This document shows, piece by piece, positions 1 through 9,718 of a DNA stretch of 64,000 nt. The stretch covers positions 1 to 64,000 of IMG/VR virus record IMGVR_UViG_3300045988_080502; one strand, written 5' to 3'. This stretch comes from a virus. The notes under the pieces were generated by a model. It saw only the letters and a program-made list of their open reading frames with translations. It was not told where the DNA came from and searched no databases. Made by a program: the position numbers and the translations under genes. Positions within the stretch are counted from its first letter, which is position 1. Each line of letters begins with the position of its first letter.

Positions 1-26
1 AATAATTTCAAAAGATTCTATGCGTC

Positions 27-893
27 TCAAAATTCGACTGGTTGAATGAGGTCTTCGATATAAAGTCTACCTTCTTCCTTAAAAATAGGAATATTGAGAT
101 CGACGAACCAATAATGTTTAAAATGGATTGAACCATCCTCTCTTTCGGTCTCTTCGCAGTCTTTTATGCAACAAGAACCTCTTTGTAAATAGACGGGCAA
201 TTCATTCCAATCTATTCCTTTTTGAGAAATAAGCATTTCTAAAATTTCGCTACTACATTTACCTTGAAGTTCACTATGAGAAAAATTCGCTTGTCCAACC
301 ATTTGAATAGAATTTCTAATAGCATCTAATTGGCGCCAATAAATTAGATTTGTTACTTCTTCTTTCGGAATATTGAAAACACGAGCATCAAACATAGCCC
401 CTCTTGCGTTTGCTATCCGTAAAGTTCTCATATATTCTTGATGTTCAAGTTGAATTTCTACGCTCTGAGGAGTTAAAGAATTTTTCCAACCAATATCGTA
501 TCTTTCAATAGCTGAACGAAACACCTTATTAAAAATCATTGTTGCCATGGACGCTGCTACAGAACACATTTTTTGAACTTCATAATCAAACCATGCGTCG
601 CTATTTAATTTTTTATAGTCAACAAGAATTAGAGTTATTTCATCGCTTTGAGTATATCCAAGAACACATCCTTGGATATTTTCACATAAATATTTCATTG
701 TTTCTTGCATAGCCGAAGTCAATACCGCATCAAATGGTTTTCTAAAACCTTTAGTAAAGGTATGAAATGCTTTTCCATCAATTCTAATTGCTACAGGTGT
801 TCTACGCATAAGTCGAGTTTTTGGAATTTGCTCATAGAACTCTTTCATGCGAGCGCCTAGCTGGTCATTCATATTATTCATCCTCCTTATCAA
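27..893 (-). CDS. Thg1-like protein (tRNA-His guanylyltransferase / 3'-5' nucleotidyltransferase family)
   Basis: Motifs RIDGKAFHTF..KPFD, GYTQSDEITLIL and FDARVFNIP..YWRQ align with the conserved Thg1/TLP blocks (RLDGRNFHRF, AYGQSDEYSFVF, FDGRVVVYP..SWRQ). Confidence 0.85.
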   Translation of the reverse strand: MIRRMNNMNDQLGARMKEFYEQIPKTRLMRRTPVAIRIDGKAFHTFTKGFRKPFDAVLTSAMQETMKYLCENIQGCVLGYTQSDEITLILVDYKKLNSDAWFDYEVQKMCSVAASMATMIFNKVFRSAIERYDIGWKNSLTPQSVEIQLEHQEYMRTLRIANARGAMFDARVFNIPKEEVTNLIYWRQLDAIRNSIQMVGQANFSHSELQGKCSSEILEMLISQKGIDWNELPVYLQRGSCCIKDCEETEREDGSIHFKHYWFVDLNIPIFKEEGRLYIEDLIQPVEF

Positions 894-1605
894 CAGTAAA
901 GATGTGTTCGTCGAAAGTATCCAAGTTTAGAAGAACAGTTTTTCCAGACATATAACTGCAACAGTCAATATCAACTTTATGATTATCACAATACCATAAA
1001 GCTCCACCATTATATAAGTAAGAGAACTGTCTATCTGGCGGTAGAAAATTATTCGCATTATCTAATCTTAGAATTAAGTATTCTGAAATTGGAGTATGGC
1101 CATGAACGCAAATTCCTTCACCTTCGGTAGTATCATAGATATGCTCTCTATCCCATAGCAAATCCTCGTTTGCTGGGAATGGTTCTTTTGCAGGAGTAAA
1201 ACCCGCATGACAAAGCATAATGGTTATTCCATTTTTATTCTTATATTCAAGATATAGGGGCAATTTTCTTAGATAGTGATACCATCCAGACTTAGCTCCA
1301 TCATTAATCCATCCATTAAAAGTAGAAGCTCCTCCATTCCAACAGAGAAGATCAAAATGACCTCCTCCATATGTTTCATATTTAATATAATCTTTCATAG
1401 CTTTAACAAGCATATCTTCGTGATTACCTTTAATATAGATAAAACGCGGATCCGACGCGACCGCTTTAATAGTTTCCCAAGACCGCGGACCTCGATCGCC
1501 GCAATCTCCTAGACAATAAACTTTATCTTCTGGCTTTAGAAAGTCACTAATTTTTTGATATAGCTCATACATACCATGAAGATCGCTAACTGCGTATACG
1601 CTCAT
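874..1605 (-). CDS. calcineurin-like metallophosphoesterase (lambda Ser/Thr phosphatase-like)
   Basis: SDLHG...GDCGDRGP...GNHE metallophosphoesterase motifs. Confidence 0.8.
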   Translation of the reverse strand: MSVYAVSDLHGMYELYQKISDFLKPEDKVYCLGDCGDRGPRSWETIKAVASDPRFIYIKGNHEDMLVKAMKDYIKYETYGGGHFDLLCWNGGASTFNGWINDGAKSGWYHYLRKLPLYLEYKNKNGITIMLCHAGFTPAKEPFPANEDLLWDREHIYDTTEGEGICVHGHTPISEYLILRLDNANNFLPPDRQFSYLYNGGALWYCDNHKVDIDCCSYMSGKTVLLNLDTFDEHIFTVDKEDE

Positions 1606-1685
1606 AAATAAAACTCCCTTTCTTATATTATATAAATATTATATCATAAATATTATAAAAAATAAAGAGAGCTGTAAAGCTCTCT

Positions 1686-2411
1686 TTAAGAAAAGAATGG
1701 ACAAGTTGGCATAGGGGAAATCTTATGTAAATTTCTCTTATGTCTTTGTTCAATGTTTTTATATATCTCATATGGAGGAGTAATACCATTAAGTAGGAAA
1801 TTATCTAGGACATCATAAGAAAATCCTAAATTTTCCTCATCTGTTAAACCGCTTAATCCATCCTCTGGAGGCTTTTCAATGAAGTTCTTTGGCAATCCAA
1901 GCTCAATACCAATTTCTTTAACTTCCGTGGCAGTATAATTAGAGAGAATAGAAAAATCTCCTGCTGCATCTCCAAATTTAGTAGAATAGCCTACATAGTC
2001 TTCACTTCTATTGCAAGTATTCACAACTCTTCCATGACGGCTCGCGGCGATTGCATAAAGGATATTCATTCTTACTCTTGCTGGAACATTACTTGTAACT
2101 TGCGGCTGAATTCTAATATCATTGGGCAAAGACAAGAAAATCTCCTGACAAGATGAACCAATATTGATGTTGTAATGCTCTGTAATTTCGAGGTAATCAA
2201 TTACCTCATTAGAAACATCAATATCATATTGGAATCCCTGTGGCATTTGTACGGCAATTACTCGATTCGGGCCAAGAGCCTTACAAAGAAGAGCCGCAGC
2301 CACTGTAGAATCTTTGCCGCCAGAAATCCCGATAACAGCTTTACACTCCGGCCCGTTTTTTATGAAATACTCTTTAATCCAATCTATAATTTTAGTAACC
2401 GTATTAGTCAT
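1686..2411 (-). CDS. nadE: NH3-dependent NAD+ synthetase
   Basis: PP-loop SGGKDS motif and overall NadE-like length and arrangement. Confidence 0.8.
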   Translation of the reverse strand: MTNTVTKIIDWIKEYFIKNGPECKAVIGISGGKDSTVAAALLCKALGPNRVIAVQMPQGFQYDIDVSNEVIDYLEITEHYNINIGSSCQEIFLSLPNDIRIQPQVTSNVPARVRMNILYAIAASRHGRVVNTCNRSEDYVGYSTKFGDAAGDFSILSNYTATEVKEIGIELGLPKNFIEKPPEDGLSGLTDEENLGFSYDVLDNFLLNGITPPYEIYKNIEQRHKRNLHKISPMPTCPFFS

Positions 2412-3997
2412 AGAACTTCTCCCATCAATCTCTCTTTAATAGTTTCGATAGTCTCTACGCTCTCCGTACAGAAACTTCCATTCTTGACTTTAAATTTCAT
2501 TACATTGTTCTTATATCCAATGGATTCTTCAAGAGTAAGATTTTCTACTAAAGAATAATCGCCATTCTCCTCTTTAAAAATTGCAACACATCCACGAGGA
2601 GACTTTTTCCCAGGGTCGGTTTTAGGCATTTTATAAATCTGAATTTCATCATTGCCGAGGATACAATCTGTAGCTTTAATAGCATAGCCTCTAGTATCAC
2701 GAGTTACATACTGATAAGTATAAGCTCCAATTCCAAAACATAGATTGGATACTGAGATATTATTTCTAACGCACCAAGAGCAAACTTTTTCAGTAATCTC
2801 TGGAGTAATGGCATCTCCATAAATCATACGAATATAAGAAGGAAGAATAAAATATCCTTTAGTATTCAATTCACCGCCAAAGATTTCTTTTAGAAGATTT
2901 AAAGTTCCTATAAACTCAGGAGAACCGGGTACAGCATCTGGGTCGCCGCAGATAATCTTTACTGGGTCTCCACTATCAGGTCGTACAGAGAAACATCCAT
3001 CTCTTGTTGCAATAACATCATGCAACATGGGAAGAACCTTAGATACAATACCCCAATAATCATATGTATCTGATACATAAGTCATAGTTCCAGTAGGTTG
3101 CACTTCTATGCAAAGATAATTGATAAAAAGCATTTCTGCAATAAGGTTAATATCCCAATTATCAAAAGCGGCCTTAGAGAAAAGATAACGCTCAATTTCA
3201 GTTAAATCTCCATTAGTAATCTTCTGCTTCATCCAAGCTACACCTTGTTCAACAACAGAGTGTTCAAGAGAAGGAGTTCCCATCATGGGAGGATTATTCT
3301 CAAGATCTGCTCCATAGTATTTTTCAAGGAGAAGGTTAGAGCCAATGGTTGCAGTTCTATCAAAAGAAAGAGCATGGGCAGCCCCGGAGATATAGCCTGC
3401 CTCAAGACTTGTGTGTCCGCGCAGAGAAAAGTCGCCACACATATGCGGAAGAGCAGACATATCGTCGCAACTAGTCTTGACATAAGGCTCAATTAACTTG
3501 CGGCGATAAAAAGCGGTAGTGGCAGAAGTCGAGGGGAGCCAGTTATTAGCGCTCCACTGATCTTCGATAAATTGCGGAAGCCACGCAAAATTTTGATGAT
3601 TAGAAAAAATTACATGATCTGGAATCCCGACGGGAAGAAGCGTACCCTCTGGAACTCCCATGATAGAAATAGGTAAATAACCAAGTTTATGCAATTCTTT
3701 AAACTTGGTAAAATCCGCATAATCAGGATGGAAAGTATTTTTAATTACATGATTCCACTCCTGTTCAAGAAGCTCAACTGGCTGATCAAAGAACTCTGTC
3801 TGCCAAAATTCAAGCAGTTTCTGGATGGTATATTGATGACCAAAGACCACTGTCTTAGGGCAATTTGGATGGTGCTTATAACTGCGAGCTGTCCAAGTAG
3901 AATAAACCATAGAGGCAGACTTCGGCTGCATCTTAATAGCATGACCAACTTTGTAGTAGTCAGCGGCAAACATTGGAGCTACATCAAAGAAACTCAT
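2408..3997 (-). CDS. NAMPT/PncB-family phosphoribosyltransferase (nicotinamide/nicotinate PRTase; Namat-like)
   Basis: 529 aa. N-terminal DYYKVGH motif matches the D-x-YK-x-H block of NAMPT/NAPRTase. Adjacent to NAD-related genes. Confidence 0.75.
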   Translation of the reverse strand: MSFFDVAPMFAADYYKVGHAIKMQPKSASMVYSTWTARSYKHHPNCPKTVVFGHQYTIQKLLEFWQTEFFDQPVELLEQEWNHVIKNTFHPDYADFTKFKELHKLGYLPISIMGVPEGTLLPVGIPDHVIFSNHQNFAWLPQFIEDQWSANNWLPSTSATTAFYRRKLIEPYVKTSCDDMSALPHMCGDFSLRGHTSLEAGYISGAAHALSFDRTATIGSNLLLEKYYGADLENNPPMMGTPSLEHSVVEQGVAWMKQKITNGDLTEIERYLFSKAAFDNWDINLIAEMLFINYLCIEVQPTGTMTYVSDTYDYWGIVSKVLPMLHDVIATRDGCFSVRPDSGDPVKIICGDPDAVPGSPEFIGTLNLLKEIFGGELNTKGYFILPSYIRMIYGDAITPEITEKVCSWCVRNNISVSNLCFGIGAYTYQYVTRDTRGYAIKATDCILGNDEIQIYKMPKTDPGKKSPRGCVAIFKEENGDYSLVENLTLEESIGYKNNVMKFKVKNGSFCTESVETIETIKERLMGEVL

Positions 3998-4445
3998 AAA
4001 ATCTTCCTTTCCTTATTTCTTAAATATATTATATCATATATTTTTATAAAAATAAAAAGCCCTCTTTATGAGGGCTTTTATCAACTTTGAAGCAAGCTAA
4101 GCAACGCTTCAATTCCTACATATTCTGGCGCAATCGCACAAGTAATAAGCGGAACACTAACCATTACGCCGACTACTAATACAAACAATAATATAAATAG
4201 CAGTAAATGCCATCTACTATAATCTGCTTCCATCATTATATATAACACAAACCACACTATACCAATAAGTAAGAGGCCAGCAAAAACTCCTATAAAGAGA
4301 GTTGAAGTCAGGTCTTTAACGGTTACATATCAACCATATTTAGCCAACCACATGGGAGCGTTTTCCATAATAGTTTGAGTTGTTACTCCAAAAAATTCTG
4401 CGAGCGACTGAAGAATAGACGCGAGAGTCTGCTCTAAAGATAGAT

Positions 4446-4895
4446 TCACTTTAACAACCCTCCAACAACAGCACTTACAATCTTCATATCTACCTTACCT
4501 TTAAGCTCCATAGAAACAGATTTCATAAGCGTACCACGATTTGCTTTGAGGAGATCAATACCTGCGGTTCCCGCAATCTCTCTTACTTTTGTTTCAATTT
4601 CTGCCTTATCAGTAATAAGCTGAGGGGCGCACATCTTTACGACCTTCATATCCTCTTGATACTGATGTAATTTTTCAGGATAACTAGCAGGACAGGTATC
4701 AATCATTTCTTGTACTGTCTTTTGGTATTTGATAAGGGTTTCATCAACTAGCTGCTCAGTTAATTCAACTCTTCCTTTTGGAGTAATGGCTGCTTTCTGA
4801 CACGCATCAATCATATCAGAAAGCACCCTCTTTGTATTCATATCTCCATTTTTAAGAGCCATAATCTTTAACTCTTGAAGTTTCTCAATCGTCAT
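4446..4895 (-). CDS. GatB/YqeY-domain protein
   Basis: 149 aa helical protein with the YqeY-like pattern. Confidence 0.55.
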   Translation of the reverse strand: MTIEKLQELKIMALKNGDMNTKRVLSDMIDACQKAAITPKGRVELTEQLVDETLIKYQKTVQEMIDTCPASYPEKLHQYQEDMKVVKMCAPQLITDKAEIETKVREIAGTAGIDLLKANRGTLMKSVSMELKGKVDMKIVSAVVGGLLK

Positions 4896-5704
4896 CTTAC
4901 AATCTCTACCTTTCCTCTAATATCCCACTCTGGCTTGAAGATGCTATCAGAAGTGAAGATTTTCTTCACAATATCTTGATTATACATATCACCCTCAATC
5001 ATGGTATGTTCTGCATGGGTCACATACAGATAAACATTCTTTGCGCCAGCTTCTTTGAGGGCATTTGCTGCATGATAAAAAGTTCCACCACGAGAGCAAA
5101 TATCGTCTACAATTAAGACATTTCTCTCTTTAACAATTTCCTCATTCATTAATTGCAAACCAAGAATTTTTCCAGTAGACCAATCTCTTTTCTTAATTCC
5201 AAAAGCATAAGGAAGACTAATGGGTGGAGCAGAATATCTCTTCATCGCTCCTTCATCTGGGAAAAATAGGATAGGAATTTCTCCTTCATATTCCTCAGTT
5301 CTCTTAATAGCCTCTTTGATTTCTCCAATTGGACTAAGATCAATAACTCTATCAAGTAGAGCTAACGATACATTAGAATGAGCATCACGCACAATAACTT
5401 TATCAAAATGAAGGCTATTAATTACTTGACAGAAGTATTTTAGAGTAAATACATCTTCAAGTTCTTGAACTCGATCCATCCTTGCATGAGGAATATATAG
5501 CATATCTAGGTTTACAGGGAAATCTTCGAAATGTCCCTTAACACAAATGAGAGTAAATAATTCTGCATCATTCTCGTACTCCCAAACAATCGTATCATAA
5601 TCGAAGTAGTTGGGAGGCATGTTAATATGCAGCGTACCATCTGGAAAATGATTTTGTTCAATTACGTCTGTCCAATGACTGCGTGTATTAATTAGACTAA
5701 TCAT
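4892..5704 (-). CDS. Prs-family phosphoribosyl pyrophosphokinase-like enzyme (PRPP synthetase / Adps-like)
   Basis: Type I PRTase PRPP-binding motif VLIVDDICSRGGT near the C-terminus. Lies between the NAMPT-like and nicotinamidase-like genes. Confidence 0.6.
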   Translation of the reverse strand: MISLINTRSHWTDVIEQNHFPDGTLHINMPPNYFDYDTIVWEYENDAELFTLICVKGHFEDFPVNLDMLYIPHARMDRVQELEDVFTLKYFCQVINSLHFDKVIVRDAHSNVSLALLDRVIDLSPIGEIKEAIKRTEEYEGEIPILFFPDEGAMKRYSAPPISLPYAFGIKKRDWSTGKILGLQLMNEEIVKERNVLIVDDICSRGGTFYHAANALKEAGAKNVYLYVTHAEHTMIEGDMYNQDIVKKIFTSDSIFKPEWDIRGKVEIVR

Positions 5705-5707
5705 TTT

Positions 5708-6280
5708 TTAATCCTCCACATCAATCTGCTGGGCTTTGAAAATAGTTAGCGCTGCTTCATGCGATTCTGGAGTTACTCCTGCACACGCACTAGAATGGAC
5801 GATAATTCTAGTATTTGGCATCGCCGCACGAAGCATAACTGCATTAGCCATAACGCAAATATCGGTACAAAATCCACAGATATGAATTTCTACTTCCTCG
5901 GGATTCTTCATTTTTAGAGAATCGTATACTTCATTGACCATATCAGTACTGCCGAAGGTATCTTTTTCATAATAGTTAAATTTGTTATTCAACGCAACCA
6001 TAATTCTGGAATCCATACACCAGCCCACACTTGCTTTGATACAATGTTTAATGGGAAGTCTTTTTCCTTCCAAAGTATCAAAGTAATCATTATCATGGGT
6101 ATCCATGGTACAAATAACTTCCTCCCAACAGAATCGTTTAATTAGATTAACGATATTAGGAACCGCGGCATCCGCTGTCTTAGATCCCAAAGAACCAGTA
6201 ATAAAATCATTCTGCGCATCTACAATCACAAGAAGTCTATACATATCATAATTCCTTTCTTTTATATAAATATTATACAA
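5708..6280 (-). CDS. isochorismatase-family hydrolase (nicotinamidase PncA-like)
   Basis: VIVDAQNDF ... catalytic Cys in the CGFCTDICV cysteine-hydrolase signature. Confidence 0.7.
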   Translation of the reverse strand: MYNIYIKERNYDMYRLLVIVDAQNDFITGSLGSKTADAAVPNIVNLIKRFCWEEVICTMDTHDNDYFDTLEGKRLPIKHCIKASVGWCMDSRIMVALNNKFNYYEKDTFGSTDMVNEVYDSLKMKNPEEVEIHICGFCTDICVMANAVMLRAAMPNTRIIVHSSACAGVTPESHEAALTIFKAQQIDVED

Positions 6281-6491
6281 TATTTTATTATAAAATTAAA
6301 GGAGAGAATATACTCTCCTTTAATTTAAAGTTTAATTGGTTATAGAATTGCGTTTATTAGTACACAAAGAAATGTAGCTCCAATGCCAGTATAATACCCA
6401 AGATAAAACTCTTCATCAACTGGGCCAAAAATAGTTTGAACCGTATAATAAACAAAGAGCATACCTACCGCTCCCAAAATAATTCCTAACA

Positions 6492-7763
6492 TTAGATCTC
6501 TTCCTCCTGAGCCTCTTCCATGTCAGGTACATTCTCACTTTCTTTAATAATTCCCTCGATGACTTTAAACTCATAAGTCTTAGACTTAAAAGCTGTGAAA
6601 GCACGACGATTTACAATTCGGACAACGACGCCCTCTTTTACATGGGTGCGGCCGATCGGATCAGTGAGATCTTCGAAGTATTTGTTAATGCGCTCCTGCA
6701 AATCCTCTATGGTAGTAAATTCAAAATCCTCAATCACAGGAACTCGATTAAAGCCATGAGCATTACACCATTCAGTAATCTCGTCAGGAGTCCACTCTCT
6801 TTCTCCATTTTCAGAGGTAATACGATAAATATACATCTTGCTCTGACCAGGCTCACATCCATAAGAGAAAATAGAACGCTTACCAAACTGCTTTACAAAA
6901 GCCTTATCATTGACTTTGGTATTATCTCCGATAGGCATAATGGTGTTCTCTTCATTAGGGCCGTAATAACCCACTACTTCGTAGAAAACTTCCATTCCGG
7001 GCTCAAGATAAGGTTTCAATGCTTCATGATGTGGCATACGAAACTGGTCATTTCCATAAAATCCCTGAGAGTTCTCTGTGACTACACAACGACGAGTTCC
7101 AAGAACATAAGCCTGCTTAGTGCGCTTTTTCATATGGAAGAGGCGACGGAAGAAACCATTAGGAAGCTAAGCATAAGTATTCATAGAGCGCTGAGAAGTT
7201 CCGTGCATTTTAAGGGTCATATTGAGAATATCTCCGGAGCGGAACTTATCAAGATTATATGCCAATTGTTCAGTATCAGTATGCATAGAGAACTCAGGAT
7301 ATGTAATTCCCTCAGCCTTACGACCTTTATAAGAAGTCTTAACCTGACCAGTGGGAGTCTTGCGCTTAGGAATGTATTTACGGCAAAATTCTTTGTCGTT
7401 GATAGTGTTTACCTTATCTCCATCTTTCCAGTTCTGATTTCCGAATTTTTCATAAACTTTATCAAGAGCAATTACAACACCAGAACTCTGATTGCCGCGA
7501 AGCTTAATAGCCCTGATATGTCCATTATTTTCGATGTAGCCACCCTGAGGAGTTCCATCCTCGTTCTTGCGGAAGAGGCAAAATTCATTCCCGAACCATC
7601 TCTCAATCTCGCCATCAGTAGGAAGATAAAGAACCAACTGACCGGTTTGCATATCAGGGCCGACAATTACGCCCTCATTGAAACAATCTGCAAGATAAAG
7701 GCGGTCACTATTCTCGTCCTTCCGCGCATTCTGCAACTTAGTTACAAGACCAAAATATGCCAT
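6492..7763 (-). CDS. ATP-dependent RNA ligase (Rnl2-like) with one in-frame TAG at 7167-7169
   Basis: ORFs 7167..7763 and 6492..7133 are in the same frame, separated only by a TAG. KMHGTS matches the Rnl2 KxHG lysine-adenylation motif I. Confidence 0.65.
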
Positions 7764-7782
7764 TCTATATCATTCTCCTTTC

Positions 7783-8121
7783 TTACCATTTATCATATCT
7801 GTCATGATCAGGATCTTCCTCAACAGTAGTTACCAAATAGGAAAGCCAACCTTCAATTTCCTCTTGATATATACCAGAGATTTCATCTTCATCTTCTTGG
7901 GTCAGTTCATCTTCGGTCAGTTCATTTTCTTCGCAATATTGCTCTCGAATGTCTCCCTCAGACAAAATTCCGTGCATACCCTCATAAGATTGGTACTCTT
8001 CAATCGCTAGCTCTCGAGCGGCTTCCTCGGCGTCTTCTCTAGAGTCATAATCTTCTGTGCAATGATATTGATACCCGCCAAATCCTCCGCCCAGGCCTGC
8101 GTATAAATTATATTTAGCCAT
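7783..8121 (-). CDS. hypothetical acidic protein
   Basis: ORF with RBS; very acidic C-terminal half. Confidence 0.4.
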   Translation of the reverse strand: MAKYNLYAGLGGGFGGYQYHCTEDYDSREDAEEAARELAIEEYQSYEGMHGILSEGDIREQYCEENELTEDELTQEDEDEISGIYQEEIEGWLSYLVTTVEEDPDHDRYDKW

Positions 8122-8929
8122 TTACTCTCCTCCAACCCATTCCGTAGTAGTGGTTACCACCCTTGATAGCTTTCTCGATGTTTTTTATCGTATTTTCAAG
8201 ATTGAAATGCTCATAGGCGTCAGACTCGCATTTATTTTCTTTAAGCCACAATGCAGCAGCTTCAACACTAGTAAAAGTATTTGTAGCCCGCTTCTTAGAA
8301 TTAACAATGCAAATAGTTCCAGCAGGATAACCAGCTTTATTCCATTTAGGAATAAAAACACTTTCTTTATTAGTTGCTTTCCTCTTCCAATCAGCGAACA
8401 TTTCATCAAGTGTTTCTCTTGATGTGTTACTTATAAAATCATATACTTCCTTTAGTAGAACTGCATCATCTAAGGAGTTGTGATTTTGTTCAGCAGAAGG
8501 ATTAAATCTTCTGAGAGTATTCAAAAGACTGTGATTACATTCCCATTTCAGCTCTTTTTTGCACATCTTGGCATAATCTCGATAATTGCCACAAATATAT
8601 CCCAACGCCATTTTTGCTTTAAGTGCAGTCGCATGACGAGAAGTATGTCGAATAAAATCTCCATCAGAATTTCCCCATACAAGAAATTCTGGTGCGTCAT
8701 CTAGATTTTCAAACAACCAATCATAGAACTTAGAGAATACGGCATCGGCAGACATAGCACTATCAATCATCTCTGCTGTGATACCAGTAAGATTAGTAAT
8801 GAAAGGAGTAATTTTACCTTTCTTTGGTGCTACGAGTGCATAAAAAGTCTGACCATCCTCTCTGATACATCCGACAGAAATAATTTCCTGCGAAAATTGC
8901 GTAGCCTCAAAGTCGATAAAATATTTCAT
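8114..8929 (-). CDS. DEDD-family 3'-5' exonuclease (DnaQ-like)
   Basis: N-terminal FIDFEAT...SVG ExoI motif. Confidence 0.65.
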   Translation of the reverse strand: MKYFIDFEATQFSQEIISVGCIREDGQTFYALVAPKKGKITPFITNLTGITAEMIDSAMSADAVFSKFYDWLFENLDDAPEFLVWGNSDGDFIRHTSRHATALKAKMALGYICGNYRDYAKMCKKELKWECNHSLLNTLRRFNPSAEQNHNSLDDAVLLKEVYDFISNTSRETLDEMFADWKRKATNKESVFIPKWNKAGYPAGTICIVNSKKRATNTFTSVEAAALWLKENKCESDAYEHFNLENTIKNIEKAIKGGNHYYGMGWRRVNG

Positions 8930-9191
8930 TACTAATAATCTCCCCTCTTAATAATTTTGAAACTCCATTGTTACAGGAAGAACTTTGTGTTTCTGTTCAA
9001 ATTGATCCCAAATTACCTCTTCTCTTGACACTATTACCTTCATAGGTTGTGATTGAGAAGCAATTTGTTGAACAGTTTGAATAAATTTAATCTCTATGAA
9101 TGGTCTCGGCGCCTGCATTCTCCATTGTCGAATAATTTGATTATCTAGATAGATACTAAAAGTAACATCAAAAATATCTTCATTCATGACA

Positions 9192-9539
9192 TTAATAAAC
9201 ATCATATCCCTGCCTTCTCATTACAGCCAATGATTTATATACCATTTTACCCATGCTCTTACTTTTTGCTTTTGTTACATTTCCCATTTCAATTAAATGA
9301 GAAAGAATACGAGCCATCTTCTGAGGGCTTAACCCTGTTAATGTAATTGATCTTTGCTGAATTTGCTCAATAGTAAGAGCCTCTTCGCTATCAGCAAGAA
9401 TTACCATTACTTCTCCTTGAAACAAGGCGTTCTGATCTTTTGTATATTTTGAAGTTCTGCGACCTGGCATATTACTGTACCTCCTTATAGGAAATAACCC
9501 TAATATTTTCAAGTTTTTCAGTATAGGAAGTCCTGCCAT
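9192..9539 (-). CDS. hypothetical protein
   Basis: ORF only. Confidence 0.35.
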   Translation of the reverse strand: MAGLPILKNLKILGLFPIRRYSNMPGRRTSKYTKDQNALFQGEVMVILADSEEALTIEQIQQRSITLTGLSPQKMARILSHLIEMGNVTKAKSKSMGKMVYKSLAVMRRQGYDVY

Positions 9540-9718
9540 TATAGATAACTACAATCTTATTCTCGCGGTCAACGCCAACAATCTTACCATCACGACCGCT
9601 AAGAGTCTTCACGATTGTTCCTTCACATACATAAGGCATCATATAAATTACTTCCTTTCTTAACTTTCTATATATATTATATCATATAAAAATAAAAAAA
9701 TAAAGAAGATGATAATGG

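Noticed and set aside
6642-7829. 395-aa plus-strand ORF, with similar long plus-strand ORFs at 1276..1512, 2175..2558, 14955..15536, 15642..16226 and 52248..53000
   Set aside because: Antisense to well-supported minus-strand genes (RNA ligase, NadE, vWA protein, exonuclease). Low-complexity Leu/Ile/Ser-rich translations typical of AT-rich antisense frames. No RBS.
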